64,000 nucleotides of DNA, from contig MQRK01233587.1 in NCBI GenBank assembly GCA_001938485.1, forward strand, positions 1 to 64,000, given 5' to 3'. The first letter of the stretch is position 1. Each line of letters opens with the position of its first letter. This stretch comes from Girardia tigrina. Taxonomy: Eukaryota. This document shows positions 1 through 12,949 of the stretch, piece after piece. The notes beneath the pieces were generated by a model. That model was given only the letters and a program-made list of their open reading frames with translations, was not told the DNA's origin and ran no database searches. The position numbers and the translations under genes are program-made.

Positions 1-54
1 ATATCATCACAACAGTTCATTAATAATGTTTCCATTATGCTTTCTTTTGACATG

Positions 55-486
55 TTATGTTGCATAATTCTTTCTGCCATCTTTTCTATTTTTTCGAAAA
101 AAAACTTCAGGTATATCATACTTCATCCTATACCGGCAAGCTTCAGACCAATCCTCAAATAGCGAAGATGTCCTACCAAATGCTTTTCGAAGTCGATCTT
201 TATAACCAATTATCGACTTGTCAACGGTCTTATATTTTTCCTTTATGTCTCTGTCCAACAGACATAAGACAATAACGTCCTGTTTCGCTTTTACCACTCC
301 CGCGAATTGAAAGAATGTTTCACATTCTTCTATGAANNNNNNNNNNNNNNNNNNNNNNNNNNNNNNNNNNNNNNNNTTCCTGAACTTTTCAGGTAGTAAT
401 TGGTTCGTGAAGTTGTCCAAAGCAGCGTTGTTCGCCATGTAAGTAGCGTTTATGCCACTTTCATTATTATCACATTCTAAAGCCAT
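55..486 (-). pseudogene. Ty3/Gypsy-type Gag N-terminal fragment, paralog of 8711..9650; contains an N gap
   Basis: FTNQLLPEK..FIEECETFF..YKDRLRKAFGRTSSLFED aligns almost residue for residue with ORF 8711..9412, which continues into CCHC knuckles; frameshifts after DIPEVFF. Confidence 0.8.
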
Positions 487-509
487 AATTTAACACCACC
501 AAAAATGTA

Positions 510-765
510 TTTATAAATAAATATTTAATATTTTTGTTTTCTTGACATTTTTAATTTTAAGATATTTAATATTATTTAGATACATTAAAGATATTTTTTA
601 TTTTTAAATAAATATTTACTTTTTTATGATTTTCTTTTATTATATAATTTTTACTTTTTTAAAATATTTAATAAGCAAATTAACATAAAAATATTTTACC
701 CTTTAAATTAAAAAAATAATAAACTATTCAGGCGAGATAAAAATTTAAAATTAACCCCTCATAAT
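510..765 (-). repeat. Dispersed AT-rich repeat, probable 5' leader of the Gypsy family at 55..486; second copy at about 47101..47438
   Basis: Shared blocks atttataaataaatatttaat...aagcaaattaacat...ttaacccctcata in both copies; lies immediately upstream of the gag fragment. Confidence 0.6.
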
Positions 766-1029
766 GCAATTGAATTTAAATTAAAACCTACACAATTTAT
801 TGTAGTCATATGTTTACTAAATTAACAAAAATGATTTTTTATTATTTCAGAATTAGTTTAATGTTATTTTCTTTTATTTGTGAAAACTTTTTTAATTAAT
901 GAAATATTTTAAAGTTTTATTTATTATCAATATTTCAGTTTAAATTTTTTTTTACCTAAAATTATTTTAAATACAAAAAATAATTTACAGTATTCAAATT
1001 TTTATTATTATTACGATACATTAATAATA

Positions 1030-1260
1030 AAAGTTTTAATTTTAATTTTTTTTACGAAACTGTTTAGAATTAAGTATTTGTCAAATCTTTAATTTGCAGA
1101 ATTTCAAACTTACTTTAAAATTTAAAATTATCTGTTTTTTTTTAATTTACATCTCTGGCAACAAAGTCATTATTTTATTTTTGAGAATAACTTTTAAAAT
1201 TAGTACAAAGATAATTATCCTTGTCTTTATATATTTCTTTTAAATCAATTATTTAAAAAT
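1030..1260. repeat. Dispersed AT-rich repeat, diverged copy at about 33430..33640
   Basis: Colinear blocks aaaattatctgttttt, gagaataac.tttaaaatt and ccttg.ctttatatattt in both places. Confidence 0.55.
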
Positions 1261-1789
1261 CCATTATTTCCCAATTAATTTCATTTTAAGTTTTGACTCT
1301 GCAATTAAAATTCGATTATTTTCAAAAATAACTTTTTAAAATTAATTAAGATATATTTTTTAATTATAATTGCTTAGAGAACTTTTGATTTTAAATATTT
1401 CCTTATTTTAGAAAATTTTTTATAAAAATTAATTATTTCAAAAATTTTAAGAGTGAGCCTGTCCTTTACAACCGTGTTCATTTGGAAATTAGCGCTATAG
1501 AAGAATCCACATTATTATTTTTATAAAAACAGAGTGCTAAAAATACCTACACATTTGTACTCCCTAAGAGCCATTGTTCTCACTTAGTCCAAAGCAAGTT
1601 GTTCACCTAAATTTGTATCATGCCCCCCCCAGAACGAAATCGTATGCACACCCCTGCTATATCATATAGTGACTTATACATCTGTTATATATTTGGCAAT
1701 TAAAATCAATTTATCCTAGTATAATTCATACAAGAATAATCTTCTTTTTTCAAGGAGTAACATACATTCAGAAACCATTGAAACAAATT

Positions 1790-3245
1790 GCTAAAAGAGG
1801 TAATAAAAGAGTTGGTACAAACGTTATTTAGAGCGCAGAACATTGGTGACTGTTTGCTGTGCAATAAGTGCGAACGGAAACTATATTCCACCATTTTTAG
1901 TATTTCCAAGAGTTAATGCTCAAGACCACTGGCGACTGACATTTCCACCAGAATCAGCTGTGGAAAATCATCCAAAAACCAATGGATGGATGGCATAAGA
2001 AAAGTTCATTTCATTTCTGCCGCATTGTAAAAACTTTACAAAGCCAAACATGGAAAGTTCAGTTCAACTTATTCTAGATAACCACAAATCACATATGTGA
2101 TTTGAGGTATTCAATTTCTACAAGGAGAACAACATTACTGTATTGAATTTCCCACTACATTGTTCTCATGAACTACAATAAATGTGTATTTTGCATCTTT
2201 AAAACTTTTTGCAATTAAGCCTCCAATAGATGGTGGTATGACTCTGTAAATACTGGAAAACCAATGACAATTCATACGATTCCCTTCATTGTGAAAGATG
2301 GGTTCATTAACGTCTTTAAACAGAAGAAAATTCTTTCAGTATTTAAATCAACGGGCATTTATCCACTGGGCTGCAATGCTATCCCAGAAGGGAGATACTT
2401 GTGATCTTACAATACTTATAGGTCTCAGTCTCATATTATCACCAACAATTCGTCCAGACCCAGAGTTACCTACTGAAGTCCATAGTGAAAGTGAATCTCC
2501 CTTTGTCACCAGACATTTCAATAAAGCTGGGCCACGAAAAGCAAATAAAAGGAAGACAAAGAAATTAAAAATTTTCACTAAGTCTCCCACAAAAAAAGGT
2601 TTTAATCGTCATACCATTAGAAACCTAGTCTTAGACAGTTCAGATTCAGATGTGTTGATCAATGACAAAAGTGACTCGAATATGGACGACGAAGCGGTGA
2701 GTATAGAGCTAGGGCCTGTTGATAAAGTTCAAATCATTGACTATGTGTTGGTTGCTTTCAATCAAGACACAAAAATAAAATACATAGTTGGGCAGGTCAC
2801 TAAAGAGGAAGATGATGATGGGGATGTTGAGGTGTCTTTTCTCCGCAGAAGCACCAAAGTTGACAAAAAATTCATGAGACCTGTTGTCCCTGACATAAAT
2901 ATAATACTAAAGCAAGACATCCATACTATTCTTCCACCATCATCTGAAACAGGAACCACAGAAAGAACATATCAGGAATAGTTTTTGACATGGATTTTAG
3001 CCATATTAATTTGTCGTTATACTGGTGACTTTTCACTCCATGGCATGTGACATCTTACCCAGCACTGTCCCTGACCACTTTAAATGTGAATATTATGTAT
3101 AATAAAAAGATTTTGTCTTATTTGTTTGTTTTATTTGTTATATGATAGTATGTGTTCCAATTGTGTAAGTTTCATAAAAATCAAATAACTTTAAGGGGAT
3201 GTAAAGTTCAAAAATACAAAATTGTGACTTTTAGCCAAAGTCTTT
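1790..3245 (+). mobile_element. Degenerate pogo-like (DDE_1) DNA transposon
   Basis: Broken frames give LVTVCCAISANGNYIPPFLVFPR, NGWM, LILDNHKSH, LNFPLHCSHELQ; ORF 2298..2981 is the C-terminal part (EVSFLRRS..F..P...D); gtgactttt-type subterminal repeats near 3025-3235. Confidence 0.8.
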
Positions 3246-4064
3246 TTAAGTGAAATTATGATTTTTAATCTTGAATCAAATATTATCGAAGATAATGTCA
3301 ATGCTACTGAAAACCTGATAAATAACACAAACCAATAGCCTTCAATACTTACAAACAAGGAAAGTAATCTTGTAAATCATCTTGTTGAAAGTAAGATTAA
3401 TCCTCCAGCAGGTTAGTTGCAAATTCTGCCAATTATAATTCGATAAATAATTAATAAAAATATAAATATAGAAACTGTCATTAAAATTTTTATAATTAAT
3501 GAATCAAATAATAATAAATTTAAATATTGCTTAAATTAAATATTTTTGTATTTTCAATTCGTAAATTGTATTTCAAAAATGTAGACATGTAAAACAAATG
3601 AAACGTATAAATAGTTAAAATAATTCCAGATAATGAAATATTTTTTTTAAAAAATTGAAATATTGATAATAAATAAAACGTTAAACTCTTTTTTGTTAAT
3701 TTGGTTAAAATAAATTTTGCTGATTTTATACTGATTTTAAATTAAATTTTATCAAATAATAGAATGTTAATCTATAAAATTAATGAAAAAAATTCAATTT
3801 TTAAATCTCGTTTTTAATAAATAGCTTATCAGTATTTATAATTCCATATTTTTATGTATAATAAGTCTGGTCAAAAGAAAACGAAAGATCCTCAAGAAAA
3901 ATTGTTTAAATAATTGTTATTTGTGTTATTAATAAATTTTTGGTGTTAATGAATTATAATATTGATCAAGAACCCAACATACCTGGTATGCTAAAATTGG
4001 TAATTATTATCCTCCTTGCATTTATTTTCTACTTCAAAGAAAAAATTTAGGAACGTATAACAGA

Positions 4065-4742
4065 ATGCTCGGAATTTTGAAGCAACTTCTTCCAACTCTA
4101 TCACCACAAAAAGTTCTGGTTGATTTTGAGAAAGCTTGTTTATCAGAAATTCATATTGCTTTTCCCGGTGCCGAAGGTAAGAGATGTTTTTTTCATCTCT
4201 GTCAAAATATAATCAGAAAGAAAAATAATGTTGGTTTAAAAGTGGATTATGAAACAAATGGTAAAATTAAATTATTATTGAAGTCTCTTCCATCTCTATC
4301 ATTTGTTCCAGTCAGTGATGTCAAAAAAAATTATGGTCTTTTTGTAAGTACGTTCCCTGATGATGAAATATACCAAGAAGTACTGGATTACTTCTTTTTA
4401 AATTATATTGAAGGTCCTCGTGGTGGAGCAGCACAATTTCCTATCACATTATGGAATCATTATGATGCAGCTGCTGATGGATCCCCTAAAACAAATTATT
4501 GCGAAGGGTTTCTTAATTCATTGAACTCTTTATTTCAATATAGTCATCCTAGCGTTTGGAAGTTATTTAATGGACTTAAGAAGAATATTGTTTGCTAAAG
4601 ATTACTCCTTAGTAAAGTGAAGTCAGGTCTTATATTTTCATATAATTTGATTTTTTATAGTGTTGTTTTGTCCGTGTGTCGTTTTGTCCTTGTGTCGTTT
4701 TGTCCTGTGTTGTTTTGTCCAATGCTGTTCTGTTCGTTCACG
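4065..4742 (+). mobile_element. Mutator (MULE) transposase C-terminal fragment plus subterminal tandem repeats
   Basis: VLVDFEKA...FP...RCFFHLCQ (CxxH motif), WNHY, TNYCEGF, HPSVW; about five copies of TGTGTCGTTTTGTCC at 4660-4740. Confidence 0.85.
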
Positions 4743-5199
4743 ATATTAGACTATAGAAATGTAAATCAATGATACCAGTCACATTTCTGTATTGAAATAT
4801 ATTTAAATCATTCTTTTCTCTGATCAGATTAGCGAAATCTTAGGTCTCTGTTAAACAAAGGTATGGTGGTTAATCAAGCATTTTGGTTTAAATATAGTCC
4901 TATCATTACAAAAAAAGTTTCATGAACTTTGTTCATCCTTGATCCAAATTGTCAAGTATCCTTTGTCTCATTTTAACACAACATAATTATCATTTATCTT
5001 GATCTGGTTCTAGGTTTCATAAATCAATAAATGTTTGTTAATTCATAAGGCAAATGGTTATTTGTCACGTTACATATAAATTTTACATTATCTATATTTA
5101 TATATGACTTTATTATTAATGTTGCTAATAACAAAAATAATAATAAAATGAAAGCTATTAACTTGAAAAGCGTTCTAAACACAATTTACTTTGTTGTAT

Positions 5200-5740
5200 T
5201 TGACTTCAGAGGTGATGGTGTGACCGCAAAAAAGGAGTTTCCAGTAAACCGGTCACAATACCATCCACCAAACTCACAACATCCCCTTTTTTGATACAGA
5301 TCACTTAGAAGAGTCCGTTTACAAAGTTGACCTGAACTCAGGCAGTGGTTTTTGAGTTTTCTGCCATCGTAGACAACCCAATTCTCATTGCACGTCAAAA
5401 TCCGTTGCAAGCCCCCACGGCTGAATTTGTGCAATAGACAAGAACAGTCATTAATTCGTCGATTTGTTTTGCATTTTGTTGAGTTTGTGCGGGATCTCTT
5501 TACCATGTATATTTTTATTGTTCATTTTCTGAAGTTTCCGAATAATGCTTGTATGCGAAGTTTGGAGTTTAGCAGTCATTTAGGGTGTTGTTTGAGTAGG
5601 ATTCGCTTCAATGGAACTGCTTAATGCTAGTTTATCAATGGTTATTGTGAATCCAGAGCACGCTTTGTCTTTACAATACATATTGCCGGAGCGAAATTTT
5701 ACATACCATCAGAAACATTATCTTTCATAGATAAATTATC
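5200..5740 (-). mobile_element. Degenerate mariner transposase
   Basis: WYVKFRSGN (HTH region), IPHKL (WVPHEL-like), RILTCNENWVVYD (ITGDEKW-like). Confidence 0.75.
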
Positions 5741-6559
5741 GGAAGGGCAAGAGGAGAATATCAATGAAAATATTGAAATGAAATTTATTAATTCAATCAT
5801 GGATGCAAAAAAACGAAAATTACTCTCAAATAAATGAATTTATAATTTTTTCATCTGTTCGTGGAGAGTTAAGCGTGAAACAAAAAGGAACCTTGTAACA
5901 GAATAGGGCACATAAATCCGTTGCGATTACTAGAATAAGAAAGAATAATATTTTTATTTTCAAAAAAAATATTTTTTGAGGAACTCAGAGTCACTTGACG
6001 AATAAATGCTCTCATCGAATTATTCTTTTTGATAGGGAAGAGAGAAAAGTTGTTTTTAAAATAAATAAAAGAAAATATTACTCAAAATTAATGAAAGTCT
6101 AACGGAGTTGATAAAACTCACTTTATTTTTATACATTAGAAAAGATAAAAATTTAAGAACAATTTTGTAGCATCAAATCTGTAGTGAATTTGAACTAAAA
6201 CAAATAATTGTAGAAAAGTTGGTCTGGTTCTGCTGTCTGATAATTGATAAAATATTGCCAAATTGATCCTGATAAATATTGTCAAAGTAATTGATAAAAT
6301 GCGATCAGCAGATCATTCCGAGGTGATTAAAATAATAAGTATGTAAAAGTTTTCCATTGAGCTAATTGTTCTTTTTCTGAAATGTATGACGCTATTATTT
6401 TAAAATATATCAATAAGTTATATTAATGTGGTTATTAGATTCAAAATATATAATTATTACTAGTTGAATTATATTCATAATTGGTGTGAACCCTTTCGCA
6501 CACACAAGGAAACTATAGACTACAGATAAACATAATTAGATGTAAGTAAAATAAAATAA

Positions 6560-7030
6560 TTCGCAGTTTCGAAGACATTCGAGGGGACATTTATACCCCA
6601 TTGTGCATAAACGGCTTCTTGTTGTTTAACTAGTAAATCAAAAAATTAAATTTTTTAAATCCATTCTTTATGCAGACAGAACTCTACTTTGCCAACAAAG
6701 ATTTTAAAATTTAAAAAATTTCAATTAAAAAAACACTAAAAATTAATATAAACTACTTATAATTTATAAGGTAGATATCTTACAATTAATATTTTTCGAT
6801 AACTCTGAATTTTCCGTTTTTTCCCCATTTTGGGATTTTAAAAAGATTGTTTCGATCAAATTTTTACATAATCCTTTATTGTCATCGAGAATGAGTAAGT
6901 GTGCAAAGTTTGAAGAAAATCGATTGAGTAGAAGTGCTTCAAAAACAGGTTTCTAAATTCCATTGATACACACACACACATATATATATATATATACCTA
7001 TATAGAAAGTAAGTTAATAAAAAGTGTTAG
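6560..7030 (+). repeat. Probable non-autonomous Helitron/HINE-like repeat
   Basis: gtgcaaagtttgaagaaaatcg..agtagaagtg followed by (CA)n(TA)n and aagttaataaaaagtgtta resembles common invertebrate non-autonomous elements; termini not defined. Confidence 0.3.
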
Positions 7031-7639
7031 AATCTCTCGAATCCTCCATCGTCGGTGAAGAATTGGAATTCATAAATCCGAATAGTTGTTAACCCGCAAT
7101 AATAAAATTTACCAATAATCAATTCCCAACAAAGAATAAATTCCAGAATAAGATTTATTGAGAAATATTTGTGGATTCAATTTCACACTTAAATTACAGT
7201 CGCGCAATAATTCACTCGATCGCAAAAATTATTGATTATTCAAACAACCTATTTTTTTAATCATTCATTTTTCCTGATTGTTTTTTTAATTTAATTCATA
7301 CACAATTTTCTGAGGAGCTTTTCGGTTAATGATAAACTTGGACTTTGTATTTTCTTTAATTATTAATTTTATAATTTATTGATTTTAGTTGTTTTTCTTT
7401 TTTTTGAGAATAAAATTTTATCAGACACTCATTGATAAATAATTAATTTTCTTTATTTCTTGTTAAATTTAAAAATTTCTATTTTACTAATTTACCCTTA
7501 TAAAAAGAATGGAAAAATATTATTATTTATACGAAGATGTTTGCATTAAAATTGTAATTTAATGGATTTATTCTAATTTGCTTGAATAATATTTTTTTGT
7601 AAGAATTATTTCATTTTCAATCTTAATTTTTTTTGAATG

Positions 7640-8075
7640 ACCTATTCGTAGCGTTTTAGTTATCTCTTTAATTTCTTCATTGTTACATTGCCATTGTTGT
7701 CCATTTGATTTTGTCTTAAGAGTCAGGATTTTTGTCTACAATTTTCCTCGTTTAGCATCTTCATGTTTCATTTGGCATTGGATGTAGTTTTCACAGTTTC
7801 TTCGTCACAAAAAAAATCCGCATTGTTGTGATGGATAATCTTCCGGTACTGTATGTCCATGTCTAAACTGCTCAGAAAATTAATCCACGTTTGGAACTGT
7901 GGTGTGACGTTTCTAACGTATTATCATTGGCACAAAATAGTTTATCTTCTGATTTCTGTAATTTAACTAATAAACAGTTAACCTTAATACCCGCACAACT
8001 AACATTCAAACTGGGTCTATCTTTCATCACATGATAAACAATCTTAGTAAACTCTTTAATTGGGTGTGAAATGTT
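7640..8075 (-). pseudogene. Ty3/Gypsy pol relic with large internal deletions (protease pieces joined to the end of RNase H)
   Basis: DRPSLNVSCAGIKVNCLL / KLFCANDNTLE (protease, DTG lost), then VTPQFQTWINFLSSLDMDIQYRK..HNNADF (RNase H end) and CENYIQCQMKHEDAK. Confidence 0.65.
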
Positions 8076-8710
8076 ATTAACATTATGAGGAGGTTATTAA
8101 TTTTTGGTGCGCTAATCAAAATTTAAATAGTTTTAAAAAAAGATTATTTTGATTTAAAATCAAATTGAAAATTTTAAAAATTAATTGGAATTAAAAAAAC
8201 ATTCATTAAAAAAGCATTAATTAAAAACATTCTTTATTAAAATATTTTATTAATATTTTTAAAAATATATTTTCTGTTTGAATTAATTTAATGATATGAT
8301 TAAAAGATTAAATATTTAAAAAAAATACAAGATTGAATATTAAATATAACGTATTTTCAAAATTTTTAAATTAGTAAATATTAAAAAAAACAACGCAAAA
8401 TTAAAAAAACAGCATATAAGATTTTAGTTGAAAAACAAAATTATAAAAACAGGATAAAAAGGTTATAATAAAAAACACATTTAAACATTAATTATTTTTT
8501 TAAAAACATTTTAATAAATGTAAAATCATTTTAATAAATATTTTTGTTTAAAAATTTAAAAAAAGTTAAATGTTGTTTTGTCTTAATTAAAATTATAAAT
8601 ATATAAAAAATTATTTGTAAATAGAGATCAGCGGATTAATTATTAATTAGGAAAATAGTCGGAAAATTTGTTTCAAAGTTTTTTTATAATAAAGATATAA
8701 TTTAAGTAAA

Positions 8711-9650
8711 ATGAATTCCGATATTGACGTCACAAATACTTCTCACGTGGCGACTAACGCTGCCATGGATATCTTCACGCATCAACTGTTACCTGAAAAG
8801 TACAATAAAGGCGATAATGTGGAGACATTTATTGAAGAATGTGGAAAATTCTTTAATTTTGCTGGAATAGCGAAGGCCAAACAAGAGACAATAGTCATTT
8901 GTTTATTGGAGAGAGATCGATACAAAGCGGTAGATAAGACAATAGTATGTTATAAAGACCGATTGAGAAAGGCATTCTCTCGAACTTCCTCACTATTCGA
9001 AGACCTGACTGAGGCATGCCGGTACATGATGAAGGAAGACATACCGGAAGTATTTTTTGAAAAAGTAGAAAAGCTCGAGGCCAAGATCTTGAAACATGAC
9101 TTGTCAAAAGAGGCCCTCACGGAAGCATTATTGTTACATTGTTGTTACGATGTGGACATAAAAAAGGAAGTGCGACTTAACAAACTGAAAGGAATAGATG
9201 AGGTAAAAGAAAAGATAAAAGCAGTACATCCCGTCAAAAGTGTGATAGAAGACGTGAATGTAGTAAGAGAACAGGGAATGCAAAACAGATCCTGTAGTTA
9301 CAGAGAAGCAGTAACAGGGGACAGTAAATACGGACAAAATCAGGCAGGGGTTGGTAGAAATACTACAGAATACGCTCAAGGCATGAAAGCTGTCAAATGT
9401 AGAAATTGTTAAAAAGTAGGTCACACAAATGAAACGTGTAGACAAAGAAAACCAATCAATTGTTTCTGATGTGGAAAAGAAAGACACATGATAAGAAATT
9501 GTTCGGAAAGGAAACCAATAAATGTTATGGTTGTGGACAACAGGGACACGTAAGAAGAAACTGTCCAAACATCGAATGCAAAGGGTGTGAAGATAGAGGT
9601 CACAGTGAAAGTGAATGTTATATAAACCTAAATGGCAGAAGAAGACAGCA
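8711..9650 (+). pseudogene. Ty3/Gypsy Gag with four CCHC zinc knuckles; in-frame stops; truncated before pol
   Basis: ORF 8711..9412 reads on through stops as CRNC*KVGHTNETC, CF*CGKERHMIRNC, CYGCGQQGHVRRNC, CKGCEDRGHSESEC. Confidence 0.85.
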
Positions 9651-10129
9651 AAATACTTTCTTTTTATTCTATGGAACTACTAGCATAAAATTTCTGTCAT
9701 TCTCCTGCTTGCTTAACTTGTTCTTCTTGTAAATTTAATTTTCTTTTTACGTTTTCGTAACCTGATAATTTTCTTTTCGGTGGCATTTTAAATCAAAATA
9801 TGGCTATTTTAATTTTAAATTAAAAACAGTTTGGTAAAAAATACTAGTTTACTCCAAGCCCCCCACAAGCTTGGACCCCTAGGCTAGAGCCCTACCTAGA
9901 CCCTCCTTTGTGGGGGCCATGTTTGAAATTATATAGAATTTTTTAATTCATACAAATCGTGCAATTGGTTCATATTGCATACTAATTTCTTTAAAATAGT
10001 GATTAAAAAATCATTTGTCCGGTGACCTTTGGGGAGGAGTAGTAGAATTATTTTTATTATTTATCAATTTTTTTAATTTTATTGTATGAATTTTGTTATG
10101 ATTTTTATTGATGGGCTCAATATATTATA

Positions 10130-10739
10130 CAGGGTGGGCCAAAAGTAGGGTTACAGTTGCTTCATTATCTGTTTCGCCTTCACAATCACGTTTAGATATA
10201 AATTATAGAAAATATTACTGAACTCTTATTCTATGTTANNNNNNNNNNNNNNNNNNNNNNNNNNNNNNNNNNNNNNNNNNNNNNNNNNNNNNNNNNNNNN
10301 NNNNNNNNNNNNNNNNNNNNNNNNNNNNNNNNNNNNNAATACAGAGCAAAGAAAGTGGATATTAAAGCAGTATTGGAAATTGGAAAATGCCGAGCATGTG
10401 CGCACAGCTTGGCAAAAAGCCTTTCAAACTCCTTCACCTTCACGCAAGACAATTTAACATAAGGGATAAATTTGAAACTTTAGGTTCAGTGTGTAATGCA
10501 GATGCATTCACTGAAATTGATGGAGATCGGAATTTGTGTCGTACTGTGTGTCAGAGTGTTTTGGACAGATATAGAGATTGTTGCAAGGTTGAAGGTGGAC
10601 ATTTTGAGCACTTGAGANNTTAAATGTTCAATGTAAAATGTTTATTATGTAAATATAATGTATGTAAATAAATGTCTAAATTTCTAATAAAGATAAAATG
10701 TTTAAGTGTTAACTGTAACCCTACTTTTGGCCCACCCTA
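10130..10739 (+). mobile_element. Internally deleted (non-autonomous) Tc1/mariner-superfamily element
   Basis: 29-bp TIR CAGGGTGGGCCAAAAGTAGGGTTACAGTT (10130-10158) matches 10711-10739 at 28/29 with TA on both sides; N-terminal HTH-like EQRKWILKQY...KFETLGSV joined to C-terminal C..VEGGHFEHL. Confidence 0.9.
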
Positions 10740-11378
10740 TATATATAGTCATTTAGTTTTAAAAGAACAACGGCTTTATTTATTTTAAAAGATTTTAATC
10801 TTTCTTTATTTTTTCTCTTATCAGAATATAATTTCAATAAATTAATTTATTAATTCAACAATACTTTTTGAAACATCATTTTCTTTCGATTTTTATGGGA
10901 AAAAATATTAAGTCTTAAAGAAAAATTTATGATAAAGAAAATAAGTAATTAGAAATTGTCAGATAAAAGAATAATTTGGGTCGAAAATTGTCTTTCGTTT
11001 TCCGAATGAATCAAGTGTGGAAGGAAATCAAATTTGCCCCAAATGAAACAATGTGAATGCAATTTTACAATCAAAATGCTCTTTCTAATTTTTGTGGCTA
11101 AATTTATGAATTTAACTTTGAATATTTAAGATTTTCTGTCTTTCTAGTAAGAAGATTATTTTTCATTTCGTTGGAGAGAAGAAAATTTTTACTTGTATTG
11201 ATTTAAGGTATTTAAAATTTGATACTTTGAGAAAATGGTGAAATAAAATTTATTTAATGGAAGTAAAAATTTATTCAAGTTTCAGAAATTGTTAAAAGAT
11301 ATTCTTTGAAAAAAAATAATAAAAATAATAAAAATAATAATAATAGTAAAAGTTGGAATTATAAATGCTTATAATAAT

Positions 11379-11892
11379 TGTAGTGACCCAGTCAATTATT
11401 ATATATAAATTATATATAGTAAATTATATATAAAATTATATATATAAAATTATATATAAAGCCAATCGAAGATCGATTAAAACAATCATTAATATTACGG
11501 ATTACAATTATATTATATTACTTACGAAACACTTTCCTGTAAAATTGGTTCGTGAATGTATTTTCTGCAAACCAATTTATCAATATTCCCCCTGAAAGTG
11601 CTTCTCTTCATGTAATCTATTTTCTCAAAATCTCGTGGTGTAACCGAATGATTCTCTGACATTTTAATGGATTTTGTTATAACATCAGATCGTTCCTTTG
11701 AAACCTTTGAACAACAAACACAAAATCGAAATCGAGATTTATCCATGCCGTTCACTCTCTCTCGTATGTGATTTTTTTTGTTATTTATATTTACTTATAT
11801 TGTGTAAAAATAAAAGTTTTATACATATTTATCTTTATTTTTTTAACGTTAAAGGAGTTCACTGAAACACGTTTTCAGTTAGCTCTTTTACA
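11379..11892 (+). mobile_element. Solo LTR (about 514 bp)
   Basis: TGTA...TACA termini, internal AATAAA near 11808, imperfect 5-bp flanks ataat/atatt, homologous copy at 46247. Confidence 0.7.
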
Positions 11893-12467
11893 ATATTTTT
11901 TTATAAACAGAAGTAAAATGAAATACAAAGAAAATCAAATTTAAATGTGTTATGCCTTTTCATTTCGAAAAAAAATAATGATAAAATCTCTTCTAGAAAT
12001 CTTTATAAAAGTTATTACAAGAAAAAATTAAAGTAAAATAATAAAAGCAAATATTACTTTTTGATTTTTTTTATTTATTGGGATTTTAAGTGAAGTCTGC
12101 CATTCATCACAATCATATCTTGAGTAAATATTCACATTTTTGTATAGAAGTAAAAATATATTGTTTGCTAATTTTTATTTCTTATTTACGAGAAATTATA
12201 ACATATAAATATTTTATATCAATGTTATGAGCCGATCGAACGGAATGTCCGACCAGTAATAAAAATCCCCCTTCGCCCGACGGGCAAATCTCGGATCGCA
12301 TAACAAATAAAAATGAAATCCAAATTTGAAAACGCATAATCGAAAAAAACTTCTATTCTATTTACAATTGTTTTTATTTTAATTCTCTGTAAAAAATGTT
12401 TGTCCAATTATTTCGATCACCAGTTGCAAGGAAACAACAAATTTACAAATCGTAAAATGATAAAGTT

Positions 12468-12690
12468 GTGTCAAGACAAATTACACAGCACTTAGATTGT
12501 AAAATACATATAGACACTGTGTCAGCCTATGTTCCGTTACAACAACGGGTAGACTTCCAAATAATGGTTCCTGGGCAGAAGACTCTGTATCTCGTAGATG
12601 TCAAGTGCCCATATGATACACAGAAAAATAAAGAAAACAGAAATACCAGTGTAGATACGCGAGCGGTAGCGGGGTCCTGGGGTTGAGAAA
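12468..12690 (+). mobile_element. Restriction-like endonuclease fragment of an R2/NeSL-type non-LTR retrotransposon
   Basis: RVDFQI...LYLVDVKCPYD...N followed by AVAGSW resembles the PD..DxK/CP and GALGSW motifs of RLE elements. Confidence 0.6.
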
Positions 12691-12949
12691 TCAGTGCTTC
12701 CTGGAGGAAGGGGGGCAAAGAAACTGATCTCACCATTTGTCACATAATGCCAACATTTACTAGAGCGACCTTGATACGTCACATTTGCCTGTAGCTCAAC
12801 AATCTCATCCCCGGGAAGATAAAAAGTTTCTCAAAAGTATTTACCCGGGAATTTTCCTTTTTCTCTCTTCATATTTTCAGTTTCAAATTTAAAAGCTTCG
12901 ATTTCCGCTTTATAATAATCTTTATTCGATTCATCCATTTCTTGGTATT

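Noticed and set aside
4660-4742. CRISPR-like short repeats
   Set aside because: No spacers, eukaryotic context; explained as Mutator subterminal repeats.
12195-12230. Spliced-leader gene remnant next to the RLE fragment
   Set aside because: Similarity is limited to AT-rich bases; no donor or Sm site recognised.
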